This document shows, piece by piece, positions 1 through 9,573 of a stretch of 64,000 bases of DNA; within the stretch, counting starts at the first letter, position 1, and each line of letters begins with the position of its first letter. Source of the DNA: an uncultured Planctomycetia bacterium (GTDB lineage Bacteria; Omnitrophota; Gorgyraeia; Pluralincolimonadales; Pluralincolimonadaceae); contig CAZYUB010000006.1 of assembly GCA_964650515.1 (NCBI GenBank), positions 13,858 through 77,857 on the forward strand. The letters are read 5' to 3'. The notes beneath the pieces were generated by a model, which had not been told where the DNA came from, searched no databases, and saw only the letters and a list, made by a program, of their open reading frames with translations. Made by a program: the position numbers and the translations under genes.

Positions 1-1
1 G

Positions 2-244
2 CTTTTGACCCGTATACCGGCAAGCGGCGGCTGGGTCACCGCGCCGATGAATGCCACGCAATGCACCATCTCGCTGTGTTCATGGCATACGGGGTCCGCG
101 TGGATCGCCGCAAGTTTCGACGACTTACAGCTTATCGAGCAGGGTGCCACAGTCCTGGTCCCGCTAACGGATACGCCCGTTATAGAAGATGTCAGCATGA
201 CCTATCTGCCCAAGACACGGGTATTATACAGCAGGGAGTTTTAG
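2..244 (+). CDS. 3' end of an upstream gene that continues beyond the window. Its C-terminal tail is homologous to the tail of the 1325..4387 product.
   Basis: Open frame from the window edge to a stop at 242-244. The last ~25 aa (…TPVIEDVSMTYLPKTRVLYSREF) align with the C-terminus of the 1020-aa protein (…TPVLDDVTVTYMQEAQFLYRREF). Confidence 0.4.
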   Translation, partial: LLTRIPASGGWVTAPMNATQCTISLCSWHTGSAWIAASFDDLQLIEQGATVLVPLTDTPVIEDVSMTYLPKTRVLYSREF

Positions 245-246
245 GG

Positions 247-1323
247 ATGCTCATTATGGCCGGCAGGGTATTTGTTATCCTGGCCGGCCTTTTTTTTATT
301 TTCGAAGGCCGCGTGGCGGCCGACGAAGTGTATCTTAGGAACGGAAGGGTCCTGCAGGGCGAGATAGTCGAGGAGTACGACGGCGAGGTCGTCCTTAGGA
401 TGAAGCTCGGGAAGACGGTCGTTCCGAGGAAAGATATCGCATCGATAGAGAAGAAGGTACTGCCTGAGGATTTCTTCGAAACTCCGGATGATGCTCCCGC
501 CAAGGCCCCCGCCTCTGCTGATGAAAAAACGCGGGACAACAAAGTACCGTATGATTTCAAGGTGACCGCTTCATATGAGCCGCAGGGCGAAAGCGCGCGC
601 ATTACCGTGTCCGGCGAAGCGACCTTGCCCAACGGCGCGACGGTCGAGGTCTTGATAAAGAGGCGGGACAGGTTCATCGCGTCCGGCAGGACGAGCGTCT
701 TCGACAACAGGATATCGATGGATTTCAGGTTCTCGAAGAGGAGATTTTTCCCGGCCGTCTATACCGTTTCGGCGATATTCATGCCGGAACGCCAATCCCC
801 GGATGTAAAGAAGATACTGCAAAGCAATTTCGCGTTCGGCACGAAGGTAAAGACCGTAGAGGCCTCATGCGCCCTTTACGCCGGTAAGATCAAGGAGATA
901 ATCGAGGCGGAAGTCGATGCGAAGTGTGAGGTCGGCACCGCTATGGCGAAACTCGAGATGATGCAGTCGGAGCTTTCCGTAAAATTTGCGGCCGCGAAGA
1001 AGAGCTTCAACGCGAGGGATTGGGACAAATGGTCCTATACGTGGATGCTGTACATGAGGGGCATCCAGAAGAAACAGGACCCGCGGAATTCCTTCTTCCC
1101 TAAAGCGGATGAGGCCGTGGCAATGGCCGCCAATTCTTTGCTGAAGCTCTGGCAGTACTGCAACCTCGAGCTCAGGGATCCCGCCGCCTATAATAAGATA
1201 AAGAACGACCCGAAGACGAGGATAAGACCCGAGGACCTGAAGAAGCTGTTGGATAAGGGCCCGTTCAACGAGTTGCTGGATAACATAAGGAAAGAAGCGT
1301 CCATGCTGGAGATGTATAAATAA
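247..1323 (+). CDS. Hypothetical exported or membrane-anchored protein. The first in-frame ATG after the upstream gene is at 247; the track ORF extends back to 61.
   Basis: ORF 61..1323. A hydrophobic N-terminal segment (MLIMAGRVFVILAGLFFIF) follows the ATG at 247. The stop is 1 nt before the next gene. Confidence 0.5.
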   Translation: MLIMAGRVFVILAGLFFIFEGRVAADEVYLRNGRVLQGEIVEEYDGEVVLRMKLGKTVVPRKDIASIEKKVLPEDFFETPDDAPAKAPASADEKTRDNKVPYDFKVTASYEPQGESARITVSGEATLPNGATVEVLIKRRDRFIASGRTSVFDNRISMDFRFSKRRFFPAVYTVSAIFMPERQSPDVKKILQSNFAFGTKVKTVEASCALYAGKIKEIIEAEVDAKCEVGTAMAKLEMMQSELSVKFAAAKKSFNARDWDKWSYTWMLYMRGIQKKQDPRNSFFPKADEAVAMAANSLLKLWQYCNLELRDPAAYNKIKNDPKTRIRPEDLKKLLDKGPFNELLDNIRKEASMLEMYK

Positions 1324-1324
1324 A

Positions 1325-4300
1325 ATGCGCGCGAAAAAAGGCGTCGCGATACTCATAGCGCTCGGCGTGCTTACATTCCTGTCTTTTGTGGGGGTCTCAT
1401 TCACGATAGGGTCTATCATAAGCCTGAAGGCCGCATATAACCATTATTATGCCGCAAAAGCGAGGATGATGGCCGACGCCGGCATCGCCCACGCGTTATC
1501 CGAGCTCAGGTGCGGCGCCAGCGGGGCGACGACGGACGCCATAGATACAGCCGCTATGCCCTATAACGGCACGGTCGCCCTGGACAGGGGGCTCACCGGC
1601 GCCTACAATGCGGTTGCGGTCGATAGCGCGAGCCGCATCAACATCAATGATAATAACCCGAACCTCGCGCAGATACTCAAAAACCTCAGCAGGACTTCCA
1701 GCCCCGCCCTGCTTACCGACGCCGATTGCGATAATATAGCGGATAACCGCCCTTATTCCTGCAAGGAGGAGATAAAGCTGCAGATAAGCGGCGCTACGCA
1801 GCAGGAAAGGGAGGACAAGTATGCGGGTGTGGCCGATTACCTTACCGTATACGGGTATATAGACCCGTATACGGTAAACCCGGTCGATGTCACGTCGCCG
1901 TATGCCGTCCAGCCGAGGTCCCCGGTAAACGTTAATACCGCGAGCAAAGAGGTAATACAGGCGGTCCTTGCCGGGATCAGCGCGTCGCATGCATGCCCGA
2001 AATGCGGAGGCGACGGACAGATCAACGGGCCCTCCTCGAGCACCGCGTGCGACTCCTGCTCATCCGGCGCGTTATCGATAGACAGCACCGAAGCCGACCT
2101 GCTCGCGCAGTATATCGTATCCCACAGGCCTTATTCGAGCTGGAGCCAGTTCTACCTTTCCGTTAAGGCCTGCGGATCGATAGGGGCGAGGGACGCCGAC
2201 CTTGTCATGGCTAACGCCTGCCCGAATACGGGTTTTTCGTGGATACGCAATTATGGATGGGCGAGCAAGATGGGTTACCTCGGAAAATACCTTATCGACT
2301 GGAACAAGAACGGCGTGCCCGACGCGAGCGACAAGGGCCTTGCGGTATATACGACGGAGTTCAGTTTCAATTCCGGGGGTTACTATGAGATCGCTTCTTA
2401 CGGGGAGGTCAACCGTTCGGGCATACCGCTTGCCCGCAAGAATATCTTCACGGTCGTGAAGATCTACGACATATACAGGCTGACCAACCAGCAGCAGATG
2501 GAGGCATCGGGGTCTTCCAAGGCGGAAGTCACGACATATCCCGAGCCCGTCGAGGCGGATAGTTCGCCGCCGTCGGCCGCGGCATACGACGGCCAGGTAA
2601 TGCTCGCGAAGAAGACGACGGGCGGGCCGGACGCGTCCGGAGGCCCGGGATGGCTGAACGCGCCCTACAGGATATCGTTAAGCGCTATGGGTGCCGGCGG
2701 GAATAAGGACCCTGTAGACGTTACGGGGGACGGGACGAAGCCCAATGTTGAGAGCGTGGCCAATTTTTCCGACAGGGGAGAGCTGATGCCTGACGGCATG
2801 CTCGTCGACATGTTCGAAAAGGTAAGGGCGGCATACAAATCAGCCGGCAACCTGCTCGCGGGCAACGGCACGATGGAGATATGGTTCAAGACGCAGTGGA
2901 ACAGCTTTGATTCGAGGGTATACGGCGACACCGATATAGACAGGAAGATGTTCCGGCTGACGAGCGGCGACGCTATAGACGGTTTTACGGACCCGAACGG
3001 CGTGCCTTATATGACTCTTTTCATGTGGTCGGACGGCGGCGGGACATACGCGCGCGGGATGTGGGGCGGCGGGGCATGGAACTCTTCGGCTAATGCATGG
3101 GGATTTGCCGGGGCAGATTTTTACTGGGGCGATACCTGGTTCGGTTGGCCCTACGGCGGCGCGGGCTGGGGCCATTGGGACGCGGGCAAGTGGAACCATC
3201 TTGCCGTCACATGGATAAATCCCGCTCCTATAAAAGGCAATCCCGAGGGAACTTATACCTCAGAGGTCTGCCCGTTGCATATATACTTGAACGGCGAGAG
3301 CAGGCTAAATAACAACTCCGGACAGGCCGGCACCGACAACATGAACGTTTACTATTACCACACCGATTACCTGGACAAAGGGGACATCGATTACGATTTC
3401 ATGTGCGGCAACGAATACAGCAAGTGGAACACGAACTGGGGCACATTTGAGTTCTCTAACGCTGTCATCGGATCGGTATGGGTATGGAGCAGCCAGCGTT
3501 CGGATGCCCAGGTGATCGCGGACCTGAACAACGGCATTTATGCCGCGAACGGGACTTATGAAGCCCCGGTGATAGATATCGGCAAGGACGTCCATTGGGG
3601 CGCCATAACATGGACGCAGGCCATACCCGATGAGATAGCGGATGAAGGCGGCGGCATCACAATGTCCGTAGACACGACCGGCGCAAAGACGGCATGGACC
3701 GGCGGATGGACCGACCCGTCGGCCGGCCAGGCGATAGATGCCGTATCGGATAAGCTTGCGATAAAAGCGAAACTGACCGCGACCGGGACAGAGACGATCG
3801 AAGAGAAGGATAATGTCCTGTCCAACGGGAATTTTGAGACGGGAGGGCTCGGCGGATGGACGGTCGCGTTGGCAAGCGGCGCGGAAGCGAGCAGCGTCGC
3901 GCCGTACGAAGGGACGTACCACCTGCAGCACGGGAGGCGTTCAGGCACGGGGAGCGACAAGCTGGATACCGAGATATACCAGGAAGTGGCGTGCGTCAAG
4001 GGCGCGAAATACAGGTTCAGCGGGTGGTACTCGTGGTCTAATGACAACTGGAGCTGGCACGGCGATCTCGAGCTCAAATTTTACGATAGCAGCGGAAACC
4101 TCGTGTTGACGAGGTCGGACGCGACCTCGTCCGGGACCAATGTGGGCAGCGGTTATATATTCAAGGACCTGGGCTGGGTCGCCGCGCCGGTCAACGCCAC
4201 AAAGATACGCGCCGGGATCGGGGTTTACGGGAAATATATACCGACATGGAACAGGTGGGATGACCTGAAGCTCCAGCAGGCGGCGATCTCGACGACCGGC

Positions 4301-4387
4301 ACGCCCGCGCTCGAGACCCCCGTCCTCGATGATGTGACCGTAACATACATGCAGGAAGCGCAGTTCCTATACCGCCGCGAATTTTAA
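1325..4387 (+). CDS. GspK/PilX-like minor pseudopilin (1020 aa) with C-terminal lectin-like domains (LamG-like and CBM4/9-like).
   Basis: The N-terminus (MRAKKGVAILIALGVLTFLS) resembles a prepilin-like hydrophobic segment. VNVNTASKEVIQAVLAGIS matches the GspK NxNTAS motif. A Gly/Trp-rich region with WNHLAVTW looks LamG-like. NGNFETGGLGGWT is a CBM4/9-type signature. Confidence 0.6.
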   Translation: MRAKKGVAILIALGVLTFLSFVGVSFTIGSIISLKAAYNHYYAAKARMMADAGIAHALSELRCGASGATTDAIDTAAMPYNGTVALDRGLTGAYNAVAVDSASRININDNNPNLAQILKNLSRTSSPALLTDADCDNIADNRPYSCKEEIKLQISGATQQEREDKYAGVADYLTVYGYIDPYTVNPVDVTSPYAVQPRSPVNVNTASKEVIQAVLAGISASHACPKCGGDGQINGPSSSTACDSCSSGALSIDSTEADLLAQYIVSHRPYSSWSQFYLSVKACGSIGARDADLVMANACPNTGFSWIRNYGWASKMGYLGKYLIDWNKNGVPDASDKGLAVYTTEFSFNSGGYYEIASYGEVNRSGIPLARKNIFTVVKIYDIYRLTNQQQMEASGSSKAEVTTYPEPVEADSSPPSAAAYDGQVMLAKKTTGGPDASGGPGWLNAPYRISLSAMGAGGNKDPVDVTGDGTKPNVESVANFSDRGELMPDGMLVDMFEKVRAAYKSAGNLLAGNGTMEIWFKTQWNSFDSRVYGDTDIDRKMFRLTSGDAIDGFTDPNGVPYMTLFMWSDGGGTYARGMWGGGAWNSSANAWGFAGADFYWGDTWFGWPYGGAGWGHWDAGKWNHLAVTWINPAPIKGNPEGTYTSEVCPLHIYLNGESRLNNNSGQAGTDNMNVYYYHTDYLDKGDIDYDFMCGNEYSKWNTNWGTFEFSNAVIGSVWVWSSQRSDAQVIADLNNGIYAANGTYEAPVIDIGKDVHWGAITWTQAIPDEIADEGGGITMSVDTTGAKTAWTGGWTDPSAGQAIDAVSDKLAIKAKLTATGTETIEEKDNVLSNGNFETGGLGGWTVALASGAEASSVAPYEGTYHLQHGRRSGTGSDKLDTEIYQEVACVKGAKYRFSGWYSWSNDNWSWHGDLELKFYDSSGNLVLTRSDATSSGTNVGSGYIFKDLGWVAAPVNATKIRAGIGVYGKYIPTWNRWDDLKLQQAAISTTGTPALETPVLDDVTVTYMQEAQFLYRREF

Positions 4388-4399
4388 GGCCATTTTTGC

Positions 4400-4428
4400 T
4401 TGACAACATTTTTTAGCGGAGTTATATT
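4400..4428 (+). promoter_or_regulatory. Sigma70-like promoter, TTGACA-17-TATATT.
   Basis: TTGACA at 4400-4405 and TATATT at 4423-4428, separated by 17 bp, about 60 bp upstream of the 4485 start. Confidence 0.5.
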
Positions 4429-4484
4429 AACTGATACTTATCTGAAGATGGACCTCACCAGTAAAATATCAAAGGAAGGCTTCC

Positions 4485-6533
4485 ATGGAAAGATACCCCG
4501 TTGAGAGCATCCGCAACATAATCTTCGTGTCACATTCCGGTTCGGGCAAGACCTCGCTGGTCGAGGCGCTCCTCTACGACGCCAAGATGACCACCCGTCT
4601 CGGGAAGATCTCGGAAGGCAACACGCATTCCGATTATAACTCCGATGAGATAGAGCGCAAGATATCTATAAGCTCGAAATTCCTGCACCTTATATGGAAG
4701 AACACGAGGGTCCATATCCTCGATACGCCCGGTTACGCGGATTTCGTCGGCGACGTCATATCGCCGATGCGCGCGGCCGACGCGGCCGTGCTGCTGGTCG
4801 AAGCGGTCCACGAGATAGAGGTCGGCACCGAACGCGTCTGGGATCTACTCGAGCAGAGGGGCCTGCCGCGCATAATATTCATAAACAAGCTCGATAAGGA
4901 GAACGCGAATTTCGAGAATACGCTGAACATGATACGCGACAGGTTCGGCAGGCAGTGCGTCGCGCTTAACTCGCCCGTCGGCGAACAGCAGTCGTTGAAA
5001 TCGGTCGAGAGCGTGCTCGCTAAGGGCGGGAAACTGAAAGAGGACCTTCTTGATGCCGTCGTGGAGACCGACGATACGCTCACCGAGAAATACCTCGAAG
5101 GCAAGGAGCTCTCGGCGGACGAGATAACGAATGCGCTGAAGTCCGCATGCGTATCTGGCAAGATAATACCGGTCTTCTGCGGTTCCGCCGTGCAGAATAT
5201 CGGCGTCCAGGAACTGCTCGACGGCGTTACCGGCCTTTTGCCTTCACCGGCTGACCGCCCCGCGGCCGAGGGAATAAACCCGAAGACGAAAGAAACGGTT
5301 TCGAGGAAACCTTCCGAATCGGACCCGTTCTCGGCTTTTATATTCAAGGACATATTCGACCCGTATGTCGGGCACCTTACGCTCTTCAGGGTATATTCCG
5401 GGTCCGTGGAGTCGAACACGGGTTTCTATAACTCATCTAGGGACCTGAAGGAGAGGATAGGCCAGATATATATCCTGCAGGGCAAGGAACAGGTCCCGGT
5501 GCAGAAGGCCGCTGCGGGAGATATAGCGGCGGTCGCGAAACTCAAGGATACGCACAATAACGATACCGTATGCGACGAAAAGAACCCGGTCGTCTTCGAG
5601 CCGACCGCCTACCCCGAACCGTGCATATCGAGCTCGGTAAAACCGAAGACGCGCCAGGATGAGGAGAAGATAATGGGCACGCTCACGCGCCTGGCTTCCG
5701 AGGACCCGACGTTCAAGATCAGCCGCGACGAGCAGACGCACGAACTTGTGATATCCGGTATGGGGGACCTGCATCTCGATGTAATGCTCGACAGGATGAA
5801 GAAGCGTTTCGGCGTCGACGTCGAGGTGGGTGTGCCGAAGGTCCCGTACAAGGAGACGATAAAGAAGGCCGTAAAGATCCAGGGCAAGTTCAAGAGGCAG
5901 TCCGGCGGCCGCGGACAGTACGGCGACTGCTGGCTTGAGCTCGAGCCCCTTCCTCACGGGCAGCAGTTCGAATTCGTCGACAAGGTCGTCGGCGGCGCGA
6001 TACCGAGGCAGTTCATACCTTCCGTCGAGAAAGGCGTGAAGGAAGCGATGACGAAGGGCTTCCTCGCGGGATACCCGGTTGTCGATATCAGGGTCACGGT
6101 CTTCGACGGTTCGTTCCACGAGGTCGACTCGTCGGATATGGCGTTCCAGATAGCCGGCTCCATGGCGTTCAAGAACGGACAGGAACAGGCGAGCCCAGTC
6201 CTGCTTGAGCCGATAATGAGCGTTGAGATAATCGTGCCGAACGATTATCTCGGGCAGATAACGGGCGATATAAACTCCCGCCGCGGGAGGATCATGGGCA
6301 TCGAGGGGAGGGGCAAGCAGGAGTATGTGAAGGCGTCGATACCCCTGTCCGAGATGTTCAAATACGCCACGGAACTGCGCTCGATGACGGGCGGCCGCGG
6401 CTCATATTCGATGAAATTCGACCATTACGAGGAAGTCCCGGCCAAGATTACCCAGATCATAGTCGCCAACATGAAGAAGGCGGCTGAGGAAGCGGCCGGG
6501 GGCCACGCGGGGCACGGCCACGAGCATAAGTAA
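4485..6533 (+). CDS. EF-G family translational GTPase paralog (EF-G2-like) with a His-rich C-terminal tail.
   Basis: G1 motif SHSGSGKTS, a DTPG motif and NKLD are present. Length (682 aa) and domain order match EF-G. The canonical AHVDAGKTT is replaced, which is typical of paralogs. The tail is GGHAGHGHEHK. Confidence 0.75.
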   Translation: MERYPVESIRNIIFVSHSGSGKTSLVEALLYDAKMTTRLGKISEGNTHSDYNSDEIERKISISSKFLHLIWKNTRVHILDTPGYADFVGDVISPMRAADAAVLLVEAVHEIEVGTERVWDLLEQRGLPRIIFINKLDKENANFENTLNMIRDRFGRQCVALNSPVGEQQSLKSVESVLAKGGKLKEDLLDAVVETDDTLTEKYLEGKELSADEITNALKSACVSGKIIPVFCGSAVQNIGVQELLDGVTGLLPSPADRPAAEGINPKTKETVSRKPSESDPFSAFIFKDIFDPYVGHLTLFRVYSGSVESNTGFYNSSRDLKERIGQIYILQGKEQVPVQKAAAGDIAAVAKLKDTHNNDTVCDEKNPVVFEPTAYPEPCISSSVKPKTRQDEEKIMGTLTRLASEDPTFKISRDEQTHELVISGMGDLHLDVMLDRMKKRFGVDVEVGVPKVPYKETIKKAVKIQGKFKRQSGGRGQYGDCWLELEPLPHGQQFEFVDKVVGGAIPRQFIPSVEKGVKEAMTKGFLAGYPVVDIRVTVFDGSFHEVDSSDMAFQIAGSMAFKNGQEQASPVLLEPIMSVEIIVPNDYLGQITGDINSRRGRIMGIEGRGKQEYVKASIPLSEMFKYATELRSMTGGRGSYSMKFDHYEEVPAKITQIIVANMKKAAEEAAGGHAGHGHEHK

Positions 6534-6537
6534 ACTG

Positions 6538-6567
6538 TTGCCAATACCCTCCTGAAAGTGGTATAAT
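6538..6567 (+). promoter_or_regulatory. Sigma70-like promoter with an extended -10 (TTGCCA-18-TGgTATAAT).
   Basis: TTGCCA at 6538-6543 and TGGTATAAT at 6559-6567, upstream of yebC. Confidence 0.5.
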
Positions 6568-6615
6568 TCCCTATCAAAATCCACAAGACAATCCTAATCG
6601 GAGGTATTTTCTGAG

Positions 6616-7368
6616 ATGTCCGGACATTCAAAATGGAAGACACAAAAGAACAAGAAGGCCGCTGCTGACGCGGTAAAAGGCAGGGCGTTCACGAAGGCGA
6701 CGAAAGAGATCACCGTAGCCGCGAAAGACGGCGGCGGCGACCCCGATACGAACCCGAGGCTGCGTTTCGCGCTGGCAAAAGCCAGGGAAGTGAACATGCC
6801 GAAGGATAACATCGAAAAGGCGATAAAAAAGGGCACCGGCGAGCTTCCCGGCGTCGTTTACGAGACGATCTACTACGAGGTATACGGGCCCGGCGGCGTG
6901 GCTATCATAGTCGAGGCGCTTACCGACAACAAGAACAGGGCTTCGGCGGAAATAAAGAACATCCTTTCGCGCAAGGGCGGCAGCATGGCGGGGACGGGCT
7001 CGGTATCGCGCCTGTTCCACAAAAAAGGCCTTATCGTCGTCGAAAAGTCGAAGATAGACGAGGATAAGCTCATGGATATCGTCCTCAACGCCGGCGCCGA
7101 GGACATGGCGACCGAGGATACCGTTTACGAGATAACGACGGACCCGAAGGATTTCGAAAAGGTAAAGAAGGCGCTTGACGACAACAAGGTCGAATGCCAG
7201 AGCGCGGAAGTCACGACGCTGCCGACGATGACGGTGAAGGTGGCGGGAGCCGCCGCGAAACAGGTGCTCGCGCTCGTCGAGATGCTGGAAGATTACGAGG
7301 ACGTCCAGAACGTCTACGCGAATTTCGATATCCCCGACGAGATACTGGAGCAGCCCAAGGACTCATAA
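6616..7368 (+). CDS. yebC: YebC/PmpR family DNA-binding regulator.
   Basis: MSGHSKWKTQKNKKAAADAVKGRAFTK… is the typical YebC N-terminus. The gene lies immediately upstream of ruvC, a conserved synteny. Confidence 0.85.
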   Translation: MSGHSKWKTQKNKKAAADAVKGRAFTKATKEITVAAKDGGGDPDTNPRLRFALAKAREVNMPKDNIEKAIKKGTGELPGVVYETIYYEVYGPGGVAIIVEALTDNKNRASAEIKNILSRKGGSMAGTGSVSRLFHKKGLIVVEKSKIDEDKLMDIVLNAGAEDMATEDTVYEITTDPKDFEKVKKALDDNKVECQSAEVTTLPTMTVKVAGAAAKQVLALVEMLEDYEDVQNVYANFDIPDEILEQPKDS

Positions 7369-7889
7369 TGAGGATACTGGGTATCGACCCAGGGTTATGC
7401 ATAACGGGTTACGGGCTCATAGAAGCCGGCCCGCGCGGCCTCAGATTGATAGAGGCGGGCGTGGTCAGGACGTCCGCAAAAGATGATATAGAAGCGAGGC
7501 TAGCGAGGATATACGAAGGCCTCGAAGGGCTCGTAAAAGAGCATAAGCCCGAAGTGTTTGTGCTCGAGCAGCTCTATTCGCATTACAAGCACCCTATGAC
7601 CGCGATACTCATGGGGCACGCGAGGGGCGTCATATGCCTGCTAGCGAAGCGGTCGGGCGCAGAGCTCGTAGGATATCCCGCGACCCGCATAAAGAAGGCA
7701 TTGACGGGCGCAGGGCACGCCGGCAAGCACCAGGTCCAGCGCATGATACAGGGCCTCTTCGGCATGGCGGCAGCGCCGGAACCGCCCGATATTTCGGACG
7801 CTCTGGCACTCGCGGTCGCCCATGCGTATATGGCGCAAAAGGAGCCCGTCACGAGATTAACCCTGAAGGTCAACCGGGGGAACAAATGA
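7368..7889 (+). CDS. ruvC: Holliday junction resolvase RuvC.
   Basis: MRILGIDPGLCITGYGLIE… is the RuvC N-terminus. The ATG at 7368 overlaps the yebC TAA stop (TAATG). Confidence 0.85.
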   Translation: MRILGIDPGLCITGYGLIEAGPRGLRLIEAGVVRTSAKDDIEARLARIYEGLEGLVKEHKPEVFVLEQLYSHYKHPMTAILMGHARGVICLLAKRSGAELVGYPATRIKKALTGAGHAGKHQVQRMIQGLFGMAAAPEPPDISDALALAVAHAYMAQKEPVTRLTLKVNRGNK

Positions 7890-8518
7890 TATCCCATATC
7901 CGCGGAAAGATCGCGAAGCGCAAGCCGTCGTCGCTCATCCTCGACGTGGACGGCGGTTTTTCATACGAAGTGCTTATACCCGGCTGCGTCATGAAGGCGA
8001 TAGACGGAAGCACAGCCCCCGACGGGACTGTCAAGCTGATAACATACCATTACCACCATACCGACCCCGCACGCAGCATACCCGTCCTCATAGGTTTCCT
8101 CAACGAGATAGAGAAGGAATTCTTCGAAAAGTTCATAACAGTTTCCGGCATAGGGCCGAAGGCCGCCGTCAAGGCGCTCAACGCGTCAATACCTCAGGTG
8201 GTCAAGGCGATAGCCGACGGCGACCTCTCCACTCTGAAGTCCCTGCCGGGGATAGGAGAGCAGAGGGCGAAGGAGATAGTCGCGAAACTGCAGAACAAGG
8301 TAGGGAAGTTCGGCCTCATACGCGAATACGGCATAGAGGTCACGGTATCGAAGGCGCAGGATTTTGTCGAGGAGGCGGTCGATGTCCTGCTGCAGCTGCA
8401 GTATACGAAGCAGGAAGCGAAGGATATGGTCCAGAAAGCGCTGCAGCGTTCCCCGAAGATAGATACCGCAGAGGACCTCTTGAACGAGGTATACAAGAAT
8501 AAGAAGGGCGCGAAATGA
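7886..8518 (+). CDS. ruvA: Holliday junction DNA helicase RuvA.
   Basis: [32 protein letters not shown]… is RuvA. The start overlaps the ruvC stop (ATGA). Confidence 0.85.
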   Translation: MISHIRGKIAKRKPSSLILDVDGGFSYEVLIPGCVMKAIDGSTAPDGTVKLITYHYHHTDPARSIPVLIGFLNEIEKEFFEKFITVSGIGPKAAVKALNASIPQVVKAIADGDLSTLKSLPGIGEQRAKEIVAKLQNKVGKFGLIREYGIEVTVSKAQDFVEEAVDVLLQLQYTKQEAKDMVQKALQRSPKIDTAEDLLNEVYKNKKGAK

Positions 8519-9567
8519 GCTCCGATAAGGCCAGGGAAGAAGGGCAGCTGCGCGAGAAGCTGGTCGTCGCGCAGGAGGCCGAAGAAGACGCGATACTCAA
8601 CCTGTCGCTGAGGCCGGCGAAGGCCGGCGATTTCGTCGGGCAGAAGGCCGTCGTAGATAATGTGCTGATCGCAATAGCCGCGGCCAAGGGCCGCAAGGAA
8701 CCGCTCGAGCACGCGCTATTCTCGGGCCCTCCCGGGCTCGGTAAGACGACGCTCGCCCATATCATCGCGGGCGAGATGGGCACGAAGATAACGGCGACGT
8801 CGGGGCCCGCTATAGAGCGCGCGGGAGACCTTATAGGCATCCTCACGAACCTCGGCGAAGGAGATATACTTTTCATAGACGAGATACACCGGCTCTCCAA
8901 GGTCGTCGAGGAGTTCCTCTACCCGGCTATGGAGAATTACCAGATAGATTTCACCATAGATAAGGGGCCGTACGCGAAGACGATAAAGTTCAACCTTAAG
9001 CGCTTCACGCTGATAGGAGCGACGACCCGTTCCGGCCTTTTGAGCGCGCCGATGCGCGGAAGGTTCGGCATGCATTATACCCTGGATTTCTATCCCCCGG
9101 AGGACCTTGTCCGGATAGTGAAGAGGTCGGCCGACATACTGAAGATCAGCCTCGATAAGGAGAGCGCCGCGGAGATAGCGCGCCGCGCGCGCGGGACCCC
9201 GCGCATCGCGAACAGGCTGCTGCGCAGGGTAAGGGACTACGCCGAGGTCAAGAACGGCGGCAAGGTCGACGCGAATACGGTCGACAGGGCGCTCGCGATG
9301 CTCGGCATCGATAATATGGGCCTCGACGCGCTCGACAGGAAAGTGCTCAAAGCGGTAATAGAGACATATAAGGGCGGGCCGGTCGGCATAGAATCGCTTG
9401 CCGCGACGCTGAACGAAGAGCCCGATACGATATCCGATGTCGTCGAACCGTTCCTGCTTAAGATAGGGTTCCTGAAACGGACCCCGAGAGGCAGGGAGGC
9501 GACGGACGCCGCCTGCGAACATATGAAAGTCCCCTCCAAAAAAGAGCCCCGGAAGGAGCTGTTTTAG
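8515..9567 (+). CDS. ruvB: Holliday junction ATPase RuvB.
   Basis: Walker [12 protein letters not shown], the motif DEIHRL, and the protein length are consistent with RuvB. Confidence 0.9.
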   Translation: MSSDKAREEGQLREKLVVAQEAEEDAILNLSLRPAKAGDFVGQKAVVDNVLIAIAAAKGRKEPLEHALFSGPPGLGKTTLAHIIAGEMGTKITATSGPAIERAGDLIGILTNLGEGDILFIDEIHRLSKVVEEFLYPAMENYQIDFTIDKGPYAKTIKFNLKRFTLIGATTRSGLLSAPMRGRFGMHYTLDFYPPEDLVRIVKRSADILKISLDKESAAEIARRARGTPRIANRLLRRVRDYAEVKNGGKVDANTVDRALAMLGIDNMGLDALDRKVLKAVIETYKGGPVGIESLAATLNEEPDTISDVVEPFLLKIGFLKRTPRGREATDAACEHMKVPSKKEPRKELF

Positions 9568-9573
9568 CCGGCC

